Positions 22,984 to 36,192 are shown, counted from the first letter of the whole stretch. The stretch: DNA of 63,929 nt, filler included, from Circinaria calcarea (GCA_051942165.1; 3 parts of 3 records of this genome joined end to end with filler, not necessarily neighbours in it); one strand, 5' to 3'. Made by a program: numbers and translations. The notes: generated by a model not told the origin, from the letters alone.

Positions 22984-23928
22984 CTACACAATCGTCTCCA
23001 ACTCCCTCGCGTACCCAATCGTATTCTCAATCACCTGCCCGCTCGCTACCAAGATCTCCTTCTCCGTCCGCAAATCCTGACCCTGCTGCAGCGGGAAGTA
23101 TATCCGGCCGTCCTTGACGACCCAGCCGCGTTCGTGCGCAAACTCGACGACGCTGCCTTCGCTATCGAGGAAGAGGAGGTTTTTGGCGTTGAGGATGGGG
23201 AGGGAGGGATAGGCCTTTTCGGAGCAGGAGGCGATTTCGGAGCGGATGGTGCCGATGAGGACCTGTTGGTTGGGTGGTTGGTCGTGTTTAGTAACGTTCA
23301 TGAGGGACGGTTGTAGTGTAATTTCCAAATAATGCAGAGAGATGGAGGAATGCAAAAAGGAAAAAGAGCGGTCATGGCTTACCTCTGAAAAGACGCCAAA
23401 CTCCTCACTCGGCACCTCTTCCCTCTTAGTCGCGCCCCACACCCGATCATAGGCCCCCTCCATCAACCACTGCTCCAGCTTGACCGGATACTGCAAGAAC
23501 ACATCCTCCTCCAACCCCTTCCCCTGCGCCTCGACCTCCAATCCCTCCAGCAGCGTGTGGAATCCCGCATAATCCCCTTTCGTGAGCAGCAGCAACAGGT
23601 ACAGGCCGGTGACTTTGCTGCGCTGCCCGTGTTTGGACAGGGTGGGCGGATACGAGGCCGGAGGGAGCTCGTAAAAGGGTTGGAGTTGCTGGTAGTAGCG
23701 CGTGAAGGCGTCGGGGTTCTGGAGGCGGATGGAGATGAGGGCGCCGGCTTCCAGGGTTTGCCGGGCGAGGGCGAGGAGGGATGGGGAGGTGGCGGGAGTG
23801 GGAAGCAGGCATTTGAGGTGGAGGAGGGCGAGCTTGGCCTTGGAGAGGAGGGCGGACGTTTGGGGAGATGTTGCGGGGAGGGAGGAGAGCTTCTCGAGAA
23901 GAGAACGGAGGTCGGATTCGGTGGTCAT
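22984..23928 (-). CDS. RPN12: 26S proteasome lid subunit Rpn12
   Basis: Motifs LARQTLEAGA, GLYLLLLL...FHTLLE, LEQWLMEGAYDRVW, TIRSEIASCSEKAY, IGYARELETIV. The probable ATG is 23928, with an in-frame intron at 23263-23382. Confidence 0.93.
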   Translation of the reverse strand: MTTESDLRSLLEKLSSLPATSPQTSALLSKAKLALLHLKCLLPTPATSPSLLALARQTLEAGALISIRLQNPDAFTRYYQQLQPFYELPPASYPPTLSKHGQRSKVTGLYLLLLLTKGDYAGFHTLLEGLEVEAQGKGLEEDVFLQYPVKLEQWLMEGAYDRVWGATKREEVPSEEFGVFSEVSHDRSFSFLHSSISLHYLEITLQPSLMNVTKHDQPPNQQVLIGTIRSEIASCSEKAYPSLPILNAKNLLFLDSEGSVVEFAHERGWVVKDGRIYFPLQQGQDLRTEKEILVASGQVIENTIGYARELETIV

Positions 23929-24519
23929 GACAGTGACGGTATCTCTGGTAAGAGGATGGGAAGGGTGAGAGGAGTTGTTGATCCGAGCTTTGGATGGGAT
24001 TTCCTGAAATGCAAGCTTGGAGGTGAGGGCGGTTCGAGTTCGGCGATCGCCTCGGGGATATTTTGGCAGTTTCGGCCAAATGGTCTCCAGGGTCCTCGCT
24101 ACATGGGAGATCACCCATGCCATGTACTCTGTTAATAGTTTCATTCTGAAGTTGAATACTTTGACTGGTATGGACTTTCACGAGTAAAGATAATCTTTGT
24201 ATCCTTCATCTATTAACAGTCACGATATCCTACGTATCTATCCCTCTGTGTAAGAGTCTGGGCAGAAAGCACTCCTGACCACCTAATGGACCATGTCTTC
24301 TGACCCACCCCACCAGGATATTCCTATGAACTGGATGCTTTGAGCTATTATGAAGCAGATTCTTGCAAGTTCTTCACACATGCCATAGTCGAAAGAGCAA
24401 GATATTCAGGAACCACCAACACCTTGCTTGCCGAGAACGAGGGCAGATTCTGTGCACACCTCGTAAAGCCACCCATCAACTCCATCATCGCCTCCTCGGA
24501 ACTAGTACAGGTCAGATTT

Positions 24520-26536
24520 TTAAGTGCGCCTCACAGAATCGCCGTTTATGATGCCCGCGGATTGGCGGCCACCTCCTATAGGGCCTAGGTTAGGTGATTT
24601 ACCTCCGCTAGACTGGCTCCAAACACCGCTATGCCTGTTCGCTGCGTAATCCTCTTCGTCCAGTGAAAACATCTCCGGCTGTTCCTCGTCAATTCGGTTG
24701 GTATTGATACTAGATGAGGATACAGCACGGTCGAGGCCTCTGGTAGGGTTTGAAGTATGCCGGCCAATTCCGGGATGTAAGCCGGTTGGGTTTTCGCCTG
24801 GATCCGCCCTTGATAAGCGAGTGCGTTGCAACTGCTGAGAAATCATGGACATGGAAGATTGTCGGGGTGGGCTAGACACGAAAGGGGAAGCATCATTTGG
24901 AATCGGTCGACTTGTAGCTCGGAGGCTCGGGCTCGTTCCAAGGTGTAGGGAGGAATTGCGCAAGGGGGAGCCTACATGGCCAAACGTCGAATTCGTTATG
25001 CCGTTGCTCTCGTCTTCTCGCTTCTGCCGGGTAAAGAGTGCACTAAAGCGTGAAGGGCTGGCTGTACTCGGAGACCCAACCTTACTCGACACTTCGGCCG
25101 GTGTGACGTGACCGCTCAAGCTGTCTCGAAGTCCGCTTGGATCGTGCTGGTTTCCCGAAAATCGCCGCGTCTTCTCTTCCGGGTTAAGTAGATGTGTCAA
25201 GTTGCTAGGCAGGTAATCCTCTTCCCCACCAAATAAGATACCATCATCCCAATCATCGTTTGCAGCTTGCCTAGGCATACTAGCCGACATCATCTTGGGC
25301 TTGCTTACACGCTGTGAATGCATCATCCGCTGACCACCGTATTCATCGGTCGGCGCAGACGGGGATGAGCCGAGTTGCGAGGGCTTATTCCGGGTCTCAA
25401 ACCCAGATACAGAATCATGCAGGTTCCGTAAGGCACTAGTCGGTAGTGCAAACTTCTTGGGGAGAGAAGAGGAAGGGGACTCGAGACCAAACTTGGATGG
25501 TACCGATGCGGCAACGGGTCCATGTCTTGCCATGTACGATATACCCTGACTGTCAAAGGAAGCTGGTAAGGGCGCGTCCAGGGTACTAAGATGCATAATA
25601 GGCGACATTGCTAGACGGTGCTCTTCACGAGGTGAACCGTATTTAGAGTTTGGATGTGAGGTATAACTCGTTTCGAGTGGAAGGGGGATGTCGTATAGTG
25701 GTATTGGTTGATGAGCTTGCAAGCCTGTATCTCCATCGACTAGTGGCGGTAACTGATGGCCAAAGGGTGGCGGATTGCCATTGGCTTGCTGCGCGAGAAG
25801 CGAATTGCCAAGCATAGACTCTTGATGATGATATGCTTGCGGATCCACTCGGCCTCCAAGATTCAGGTGCCCCCCAGGTATCCCATTCGGTCTGTTCACT
25901 ATCCTTCCGTTCGGTAGGACGTGTAGCAAAGCACACTTCGCACCAAACTTGCAATTTCCCTGCGCTAGATTAGCGACTGTTGATGTAAATGTATGTGCCT
26001 ATGCCACTCTTGGCCGACGGCTTTCGGATTGCCCAGGTCTTTTGGTGTAGAAGCCGTACCTTTGCAAAGTATTTACACGGTGTTTCGAATTTGGATGTGT
26101 CTGTAGAATGCGAAAAGGGACAAGCTTTGCCCGCCTGGCATTGCCCGATTTTGAAGAACTTGCAGGGCACGTGAGAAGTATCTAGATGTCGTCAGTTCGG
26201 TCAGGCTCGCCACGTTGATCAGGGGGAAAGCGCACTTTTCGTACTGGGCGGACTTCTCGAGTCGTCGAACATTGCTGTCCCACCAAAGCTTCGTTGTCCG
26301 CCGTTGACTGTGTGGGCTTGCGGACCCATGGGCGTTGGTCGCGCCTTGTTTCCGTTGGCCGCCCCATTGCCTCTGTGGTCACCCGACACTTTGAACTGGT
26401 TCCTCGAACCAGTGAAAGGCATGCGTGAAGATGCTCTGTTTGTGTGAAACCCAAAGTGATCTGGCGGGGTACCGGAAGGAAAGTCTTGGTGGGGCGGCTT
26501 GAGGGGTTCTTGGTGTTGCGACATGTATGTTGCCAT
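24520..26536 (-). CDS. cps3: Tandem CCCH zinc-finger protein (Cps3/Scp3/Lee1-like)
   Basis: HVPCKFFKIGQCQAGKACPFSH and TPCKYFAK|GNCKFGAKCALLH, followed by a long Ser/Pro-rich tail with EEDYLP. Confidence 0.8.
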
Positions 26537-27265
26537 CCGTCGCGATATCCTGGGATGCCCGCTCTCCTTGAGATATGTACAGCGCAGTCAGCGCGGTCCG
26601 AGGACAAGACGCGAGAGAAGAGGAAGGACGAGTGAAGCAAAGGTAAGCGGGAGAGGAAGAGCTGCAGTGATTCTGATTGTGAAGAAGTGAAAGAAGAAGA
26701 AAGCGGACTAGTTCCGATGTAGCGCCCGCAGAAGGTTTAGCCGGGGTCAGCGAGATAACAGTAAATGTCATGCAGGGTCTTCGTCAAGCTATCCCTCGAT
26801 CAAGACTGCTCCTCGACCGCGATGCTGAATTTTCGACGAAAGCTTTCTGGCGATATTCCCAGGTCTCTCTACATACACACTCATCGTCGAGAAGATGCGT
26901 CGTGACGGCATATGGTACTTGATCATCCACGCGTCGCAAACTGTAGGATGAGACAGAGGTCACCTGCCTATCGGGTCGAGCAGATGATCGGGGGACGAGC
27001 CACACTCTCGAGGCAGAAGGCCGCCTGGAAATCCGAATCGGGCCCATATCATTACATCTTCACCGCCACAATTCCAGTCTCAAGCTGTTCAAAAGTTGAT
27101 GTCATCAAGCCTGGTGATTGACTTCCCCACTCTACAATAGCAATATAGAGAGCGGGATATGAAAGTATTTGATGAGCTATCGGTAGCAGCGCAAGCAAAA
27201 CTGTCAGCTCCACCATGCCTCAAGGCCGCGTCCTTTCCCCTGCGATACCGCTATGCGTATAACTT

Positions 27266-28299
27266 TCACTCGTCGCCCTCCAAACCCAGTTCCTCCTAAA
27301 TATCAGTCAGTTGACGGACCTTTTTCGATTGCCCCATCAAATCGTACCCAGAGATCCTCCTTCGTCTTTCCTTCAGGTAGTTCCTCCGTGACATAATCCC
27401 AGAGATTCATGCAAATCTTCTTTCTCCCGGCCGCATGACGAGACCATGTCCTCCATGCCTGATCCACTTCTGCCTTTTCTTCTGGCAGGACGGGCCTTAC
27501 ATTACCCGCTCGAAGCGGCCCGAGGCGGTTCAAGATGGTCGCTTTCTCAGCTTCGAGAGATAGCACGCCGGCTCGAAGGTCCTGGATGGTCATGGTCGCG
27601 CTTAACGTGACCAGGTTGGCCTTCAGTATCTTCTCTTCTACTTTAGCTGCACTGATGATTTCCCGCAGATCGTTGATTTCTTTGTCCATTGCTGCGAGGT
27701 CTTCTGGGCTGGCAGCATCCTTGGCATCTTGGATCGCGTGGTAGACAATCTGCTTTCCTACCCAACGATGTTAGCCCACTGAACGTTTACAGCATTCCGT
27801 GATTGCAAGCTCCTCATACCAGCAGTCCTTCCAGCTATCAAATTCTGTTCGTGGAGCTCCTTGAGCGCTTTGACTGCGTGGGCTGTTCTTCACTTAGAGT
27901 TCCGCCATCTCAAGGCCGACAGAGCTACAACCTACCCTTGGTGACTTTGTTATGCAGATTCGCCGAGATCTCGATTGCCTGTAACATTGGCACTTAGAGA
28001 AACATCCCAAGAACCGAGAGACCACTGACCGAATACGGGCGACTACGTATGCAAGTGACAAGTTAGACCACCCCGTATATTCATAGTATCGTCGCGACGA
28101 TACACACTTCTGTTTTCCTGTCATACGAAATAAGCCAGCAGACCATCAGCATATCCACCTTGCATCTACCTAGATACTCCAGAATCAAGTTACTTCCTTG
28201 AAACCGAGTATAGTGTTAGCTCTACGCTTAGAGGTAGAAATGCAAGTACTAACCGTGATCTGCGCTTGTCTTTTCGGACTTTTCCTTACGTGGAGCCAT
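27266..28299 (-). CDS. HOP2: Meiotic homologous-pairing protein Hop2 (TBPIP), micro-exon rich
   Basis: Spliced MAPRKEK...LILEYL|GKQ|NRPYS|AIEISANLHNKVTK...GKQIVYHAIQ, a coiled coil, and C-terminal KEDLW|EELGLEGDE*. Confidence 0.88.
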
Positions 28300-28642
28300 C
28301 CTTTCAGATTCTGGTATAACACAGTAGGACGTAGTGAATGGTATAAGTGGGCGAATACATTAAAGGGAATGGAGGAATAGGGTGAAGCGAGAAATATAAG
28401 GCTGCGCTTGCACATGCATGCCTTGGTAAATGATTTGGAGATATAGAACTAGCGTTACACATTATCCGTACTTCATAAACTCTGTACACAAACAACCAAT
28501 TCGACTCCTTTGTACCTGCGACGACATTGGATGTTCGCTCAGCGCCCCGAGAAGTCTAGTAACCTCGTCATTATATATTGGGTATAAATGCCGTCCCGCT
28601 ATGCTTCCATATCAGATTCTTGAAAATCAGAAATTGCAGTAG

Positions 28643-31344
28643 TTACATGACAATCTGCATCGAGTTAGCTTGGAAAGCCGTCATTTCGACTGACGGACTT
28701 ACGCAGTCATCCTCCTTCTTGCTTTGGGGGACACCCATTTCCTCGAATGTACTGGGACCTTTCCCTGGTTTCCTTCCTGAGCCACTACTTGCGGTCGCTG
28801 CAGAAGTGGTTTGTACAGAGGTTAAAGGTAATGGGGCTTGGGTATTCAAGGTAGAAGTAGGTCTGGTCCCTGGCTTCACAGGCAGCGACTCGTGGCGTGG
28901 GGGCTTTGTGGTTGGGGCAGGTGAGTTGCCTGTGTGCAGGCTGTTCACATTGCTACTGGGGCTATAAGTTTGTGACGTAGGGATTGCTGACGTCCTCGAG
29001 GATATCCGGTCTGGACGAACATTATAGCTTGAGCTAGATGAGAATTTCGAAGAGCTAGATGGCGGTCCTGAGGAGCCAGGGTACGGATTATCTGATTTTT
29101 GCGAGCGCTTCGGTCGGTCCGCTCCAGACGGATCCAATGGAGCCGTAAAGCCAATATCGACCGTAGGTAGCGGCTTTTGGTTCACATCTATTGCTGGTTT
29201 GTTAATGCCAGATTGCGCCAGTAACCCGTTTGAGGACTGGCGATAGCCTGATGGAGGTAGGTTGCCCGATGCGATTCGTGGGGTAGGTACCATGCTTGCG
29301 CTGCTGATTACTGTGCCTGAAGCAACCGAATATGGTCTTTGAGACCCCATGGGCATTGTTGATGAAGTCTTAAAATTATTGTCCATGGGAATACTGCTGG
29401 TGGCGGCGGCTGACATTGGCCTTATGTACGGATTGATGCCGAAACTGGAAGCTGGACGCATGCTCGGTGTGGACAACGGAGTTACCGAAGAGACCGTCGA
29501 AAGTGGCCGCGAATATGGGGCGGTTGCTGCATAGCTCGAGAAAGACTCCCCCGTATCCGGCATCTTGATATACTGATTAGGAATAGCAGGAGTTGCAGGG
29601 GTAAAGGATGAAAATCGGTCTGGCCTGTTTCCCTGTTGGGAGACACGATGAGATTTTATCTTCGCAACAGCTATTCTCTCATGGTCTTTTCTTGATAACG
29701 TCTTCGAGCGAGTGATACCTTCGATTCTAGCCGCAGCATCCTTACTCCCATGCTCTGCGGCTCTACCATACCATCGTCCGGCTTCGTTCAAATCGACTGG
29801 CTTGTATATACCTACCTCGAAGAAGTAGCCCATTGCGAACTCGGCGGTGGGAAGTCCTGATTGAGCGGCCCGCCGTGCATAAAAAAATGCCAGCTCCTCG
29901 TTCTTTCGAAACACGCCTTCATAGCCGCTTAAAAACCATTTGCTGATTGCCATTTCGGCTTCCGGTTCGCATTGTCTAGCAGCTAAGTTGTTGTAGTGCA
30001 GCGACAGAGCTGGATCGAAGTCGCAACCGAGCTGGCACAACTCATATGCAGAGCCCATCCTGCTTTGTGCTTTTGCAAAGCCCATAAAGGCCGCTTTCTC
30101 AATGTAGTGTCGAGCGCTGCTAATGTTCAAAGGTAGGTACTTTTCGGGCACATTGACTTGTGGAAGCTCGCGGGCCTGAAGCATGCCATAGACCTGCAAA
30201 ACGGGTTAGCCTTCAAGATATGAAGAGACTGGGCTTGATTTCTAACGTAAGCTCCTTGGGGCGCGTTCTCGTCCGCTGCATCGGCCGAGAATCTAATCAA
30301 CTCTATGCCTCGATAGAAGTCCTGAGTTTGTCCGTGCTGCCCGAGGAGAGTCATCATGCCGAGCCTCTGCGAGATGTCAACTTATCTTATCTAGTTGCAG
30401 TGGCATAATGTAGAAGAGAAACACTTACGTAATGCGATGCGGCGTCTCGGGCTTCTACCCCCAGCAAGTAGTGTTTGATAGCATTGACGATATCATTGTT
30501 ACTCTCAAAGTGTAGCCCAATCCGGTACTCTGCCTTACCGTAACCATTCTGCGCAGCTCGGCAATATAATTGATAGGCCTCCTTTTTGTCTGTTCGGAAT
30601 CCGAATTTTCCAGAGTCTAACCACGTCCCTCTTATAAATTCTGCCTTTGGGTGATGCTGATCAGCAAGAAAGGAAATAACATTGATAGCGTCAGTTTTTA
30701 ACTGATGTTCGATGCGTGGTGTGCTCGAACGAGGAGCTTGGATATCCGATATTCTCAGCTCGTTTTGTATAGCAATTTCTACATATGCCAGGGCGTCTTG
30801 GGCCCAGGTTAACTGCATCTCTGGATCATTTGAGTTCAGCACAGCTATGCGAGCATTCTCCAGTATAGTTTCTTGCTCCACATCAGATGGTGGAACGGTT
30901 GCGGGCCGATTTTGCAACCGGGGAAACGGAGAAAAGGAGGGATGGTCATGAGCAACATGGTTGTTCGACACCGGTGTCTGCAAACCCCACGGATTATGGT
31001 CATTTAATGGGGTTCCTAGAGAGAAATGGCCTCCCATTGGAGGAGGTGACTGAAGCCCGGAGAGACGACTGGTAGAGCTCGCCCCCAATTCCAATTGCGC
31101 TAGGTTATTCTGTATTTGCTCGGGTACCTCTTGCATAGACCTTCAATTCAGCCGTTAGCGACTGCACATAAGTAGGAGGGAATCGCATTGAAGCGGGAGA
31201 GGAATAGGAAAAAGACTTGGAGAATGTCTTATACCTTTGTGGCGCTGGAGAGACCACTTCGGGCATAATGTAAAAGTCATCGCTCCCGCCCGGATAGAAG
31301 GTTGGTCCCAATTGCGGCTGTGAGTACTCATCACTATTGTTCAT
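28643..31344 (-). CDS. Sel1-repeat chitin synthase regulatory factor (Skt5/Chs4-like) with CaaX terminus
   Basis: Motifs DPEMQLTWAQD, HPKAEFIRG, Sel1 repeats (AQSRMGSAYE, AEMAISKWFL, AEFAMGYFFEVG). The spliced C-terminus is KKEDDCIVM*. Confidence 0.85.
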
Positions 31345-32048
31345 AGTGACCAGCTGCGCAGTTACAGCGTGGCAGGGTCGCCGCGAGGGTAGGGAAGTAC
31401 TGGTCCGAGAACAGGGGAAGTAACTCGAGTACGGAGTAGTCCCCACGTCAGCGGGGTTGACGCAAGAAAGATTGCAGCTTCTCAAGGTCAATCCTTCAAA
31501 GATAGGTGTTGCTGTTCTGATAAATGAGTAACCGGCAGGAAGGTATTTCGGCGCAGGCAAATTGTCCTGTATGACAAAGAACAGTGATGAATTCAGGTCT
31601 TGTCTAGGTACATTGTCCCATGGTGCCTCAAATGGAAGTCAAGTTTCAAGGCCCTTTATCATCTTGACGAATCCAAAAATACGATATATCTCGGCCAAAC
31701 TCAACGGTCCGCTGCCGGTTAGGCTCTGTGTTTGTGTTTCAGATTGCCATGTGGCGCTGCAGAAGCCACAAGGAATCACTATCTATAGCGATAATCCCAG
31801 TCAGCAATCAATAGGTACCTTACCTTTTGTAGACCCGACACCCAAGGCAGACTCCATTCGTTACCTTCCAAAGGTCGAAGACCTCAGCTCGCAGCAACAG
31901 CCGCCAAGAAGCAGCTAATAAGCCAACATTAGGAGCTGAAAGTACCGGTTCAAATTGGGACTGTTCCAACCACTCTAGAATCCAAGTCTAGTGGTGTTCG
32001 TCACATCAAAATTCCACTCGACCTGCTAGCTCCTGGCGGGCTTCCAAC

Positions 32049-35000
32049 ATGTCAACCTCAACTCATGGCAACACGGCGGCTGAGAAGCTTGACAGCTCCT
32101 CTGATCAGGCAGGTGTGGTAGACTCTACCAATAGGGACTTCCATCATCCATATCAACCTTATGATATTCAGATGAACTTCATGAATGCCTTGTACGACTG
32201 TATTGAACATGGCCAAGTGGGTATATTTGAATCTCCTACAGGCACGTCTCGCATCGTCACGTATCTACGTTACGAGGTGGAACTAACAAGCTACAAGGCA
32301 CGGTATGGACGACTTTTCTCTTTTTCATTCCCTCGCTCCCTTTCCACAAAGGAGCAATCCTCGTCGAGGTTTGCCATTTCATAACTCATTCGTTTCTATT
32401 GTCACAAATATCATGTTATTTATAGGACGATTACGACGGGGCTTACTCGCAACTGACTAGGGCAAATCGTTGAGTTTGATATGTGGTTCCCTTACTTGGC
32501 TGAGAGATCACGAGCATGCAACATTGGATGGGCAAGTAAATTCACACCGTACTTTGAGCTCAATGGTGGGACGTGTTACTCGAGTTAACTTGACGTAGTC
32601 GAATCGGAGCCTGACTGGGTTCTCGAATATGCTAAGGAGGAAAAGAAACGAGCTCTCGTTCGAAGGAAGGCAGAATTCGAAACTCGTCTTGCCAAAGTCC
32701 GGGCGAATGAACTCCGGCAAAAGCAGCGTTACGAGGATGGTCAATCTTACCGGAAGAGGATTGTGAGCATCATTCCCCTGGAGAGCCTTTACTTGCTAAT
32801 CTGTGCTTTAGAAGTCAGACCGTATCTCCGCAATGTCCACTGCTGTAGATTTCGACGCTCAGTATGTCCTCGACGAATATCACAGCGACGACGACAACAT
32901 TATCTCGAAGATGGTTAAAAGTGACCTGTCACATCTTGGGTTATCATCAGCAAGTGCCAACTTACTAGAGAAGTCCGCCTCCACACTGTTGACGTATGTT
33001 TGTCGCGACCTGAAACTTACCATGTGATCAGATTAGGAATGATTGAGAAGCCAAACGCCAATGATGAAGAGCTGGATCTGAAGGATGAGGTTAAGATTTT
33101 CTATTGTTCCCGGACGCATTCACAGCTTACCCAATTTGCCAATGAGGTCCGACGCGTAAAGATACCCATCTCTCTTGCTCATGAACAAGTACAAGAGGGA
33201 CTAGGAACCGAAGTATTGTTTGGGGAAGAAGTCAAGTATCTAGCACTGGGCTCTAGGAAGAACTTGTGTATCAATCCTCAAGTTTCGAAACTTGGAAGCG
33301 CGGTAGCCATTAACGAGCGATGTCTCGAACTACAGAAGCCTAAAATATCCTCGGATCACAAATGTGCCTTCCTGCCCAATAGGGAAAACGAAAGCCTGGT
33401 AAATGAATTCCGGGATCATGCACTGGCAAAGGTTCTGGATATAGAGGACCTTGGACTTTTAGGTAAGAAGCTCGAGATATGCCCGTATTACGCCTCTAGA
33501 GCCGCTATCAAGCCGAGCGAGGTATGTCCCACAAAATTTTGGTACAGAATTTAGCTGAAGTGGCCGAAGATCGTCACATTGCCTTATCCGCTGCTGTTAC
33601 AGAAAAGCGCAAGAGAAGCCTTAGACATCTCTTTGAAGGATCATATTGTGATCATCGACGAAGCACACAATCTTATGGATGCTATATCGGCCATCTACTC
33701 CACCTCTGTCACTCTCACTCAACTTCAGAGTTCCCGAAGTCAGATTGGTGTCTACCTTCAGAAATTCAGAAACAAATTGAAAGGCAAGAATCGAGTCTAC
33801 GTTACACAAATCGTTCGATTTGTAGACTCACTCATAGGATATCTGGAACCAATGGCCAAGACCAAGAGCCAAACGGAAGGCGTCGTGAACATAAGCAGTT
33901 TCATGACTGGCAAAGGGGTCGATCAAATCAACCTTTACAAACTCGAGCGCTATCTTCGGGAGAGCAAGTTGGCAAGGAAGGTAGATAGTTACATAAGCCA
34001 TAAAGTGAAGATTGAAGAAAACCAGTCTGAAACTCACACATCGACTACCCCAGTTCTATCCCACATTCAGAATTTCCTTCAGTGTCTTGTCAACCCAGCT
34101 TCGGAAGGACGCTTCTTTTACTCCAAAACAGACTGCAAAGATGTATGTTTGAAATACATGCTGTTGGATCCGACACACCATTTTAGGGAGATAGTGGATG
34201 AGGCTCGCGCAGTAATACTGGCGGGAGGTACTATGTCTCCGGTATGTGAACATTGAGAGTACGGCTGAGATTTTTTTCAACGTACTAATTTAAAGCACAG
34301 ATGGATGATTACATTCATCATCTACTTCCTTATGTCCCATCTGATCGCCTGATGACACTGAGTTGCGGTCATGTCATCCCAGTTGAGAACCTTGTCGCAT
34401 GGCCGATGGCCAAAGGTCCAAATAACGTTGAGTTTGATTTTACTTATGAGAAACGTAACCTGCCAACAATGATAGATGAATTGGGCAACTGTCTCATAAG
34501 GTTATGTCAAATTGTCCCGGACGGGGTCGTGGTATTCTTTCCAAGCTATGCCTACAAGGAATTAGTCACATCAAGATGGCAACAGGTGGGTGCGAACCGC
34601 CGCACCCTTTGGGATCAACTTCTGGTCCTCAAGGCAGTCTTTGGCGAAACCAAAGTCGGCGCAGGGGTCGAAGATGTTTTGCGGGAATATTCTATAGCTA
34701 TTGATGCTGGCAAAGGAGGCCTACTATTGTCCGTGGTAGGTGGAAAGATGTCCGAAGGTATCAATTTCTCAGATAGGCTGGGTCGGGCGGTTATTGTCGT
34801 GGGATTGCCCTTTCCAAATATGCACAGTGCAGAATGGAAGGCAAAGCTGGAGTATATTGAGAAAGCAACAACCGATCGGGGCCGAGGTCTGGCAGAAGGT
34901 AAGAGTGTAGCCCGAGAGTTCTACGAGAACGCCTGCATGAGAGCAGTCAACCAGAGCATAGGAAGGGCTATCCGCCATCAGAAGGACTATGCCAGCATTA

Positions 35001-35152
35001 TCCTGTTAGATCGAAGATACGACTCTCAGCGTATCAGGGAAAAGCTTCCCAGATGGATAAAGCAAGGCCTCGTGGAGAATGCGAGCAGTAAGCCATTCAC
35101 AGAGGCCACCCATGACCTGCAAAGATTCTATAGGATAGAAAGAACGTCCTGA
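32049..35152 (+). CDS. CHL1: Chl1/DDX11 FeS DNA helicase
   Basis: Motifs [22 protein letters not shown] (spliced), [63 protein letters not shown]. Confidence 0.95.
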
Positions 35153-35444
35153 GTGTGATAGTCATGGCACAAGTGAATGAAGAAGCTCAGATGCATTCAA
35201 TCAGCACCCAATACATAACAGTAATACCATTAACATCAGAATATGTAAGCCCAAGTCAAATGTAGACAGCGTTTGAAGTTGAGGTCAAAAGTTGGCCCAA
35301 ATCCCCCTTGTTGGCCGGCGTTTTCCACCCTTGACATTAGAATAGCGCACTCGCTTAGATATTTCCACTCACGCATGACATCCGCACAATTCACGATCAA
35401 CGACCAGCTACAACAACCATCTTTCGAAACCCAAAACCACCACA

Positions 35445-36192
35445 ATGCCTACCCGACTTTCAAAGACGCGCAAGCAGTAAGCCTCTCCAATGTCCCTCGA
35501 CCAGCATCTCCATTTCCTCCCCTTCAATCCAAATCCCCTCACTAACCACCCCTCACCCAGCCGCGGCCACGTCTCCGCCGGCCACGGACGAGTAGGAAAG
35601 CACCGCAAGCATCCCGGTGGACGCGGTATGGCCGGTGGATTCCATCACCACCGGACGAATCTCGACCGATATCATCCGGGTTACTTTGGGAAAGTCGGGA
35701 TGCGGTATTTCCACAAGAAGCAGAATCAGTTCTGGAAGCCGACGATCAATTTGGAAAAGGTGAGTTTTTTCCATGTTCCTGGGAGTGACGTGTGCGGAGA
35801 GAAAACGTTGAGGAGAAGAAAGAAAGCCTACGGTGTGCGGTGTTTCGGATGAATGGGAATGGCTTTGGAGTTTGGAGGTTGCTGGTCATATGTTTTTAGA
35901 AGTGGGAGGGGAGGGGAAGGGAGGATCTGATTATGGGTACGCTGAGCTAATACGATTGGGAAACCCCCTATAGCTCTGGTCCCTCGTCCCCGTCGAAACC
36001 CGCGACGAATACCTGTCGGAAAAGAAGACCGACACGGCGCCCGTCCTCGACCTCCTACCGCTCGGATACTCCAAAGTGCTCGGCAAGGGCCGGATCCCAG
36101 CGATACCCATTGTCGTGCGCGCGAGGTACGTCAGCAGGGAGGCGGAGAGGAAGATCAAGGAAGCCGGCGGGATCGTGGAGTTGGTCGCATAG
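35445..36192 (+). CDS. RPL28: 60S ribosomal protein uL15 (L28/L27a), 3 exons
   Basis: [33 protein letters not shown]...[12 protein letters not shown]...|LWSLVP...KVLGKG...[12 protein letters not shown]. Confidence 0.96.

Noticed and set aside
22403..23117. Overlapping ORFs with poly-His/Met/Asp/Ile tracts
   Set aside because: Produced by a (TGA)n microsatellite in the 3'UTR region between convergent genes.
24020..24060. GGTTCGAGTTC resembling a tRNA T-loop / B box
   Set aside because: No cloverleaf or acceptor stem could be built.
23447..24181. Long alternative-frame and antisense ORFs over RPN12 (similarly 62972-63823 over TEL1 and 21937-22527)
   Set aside because: Expected shadows of GC-rich coding sequence, with low-complexity Pro/Arg translations.
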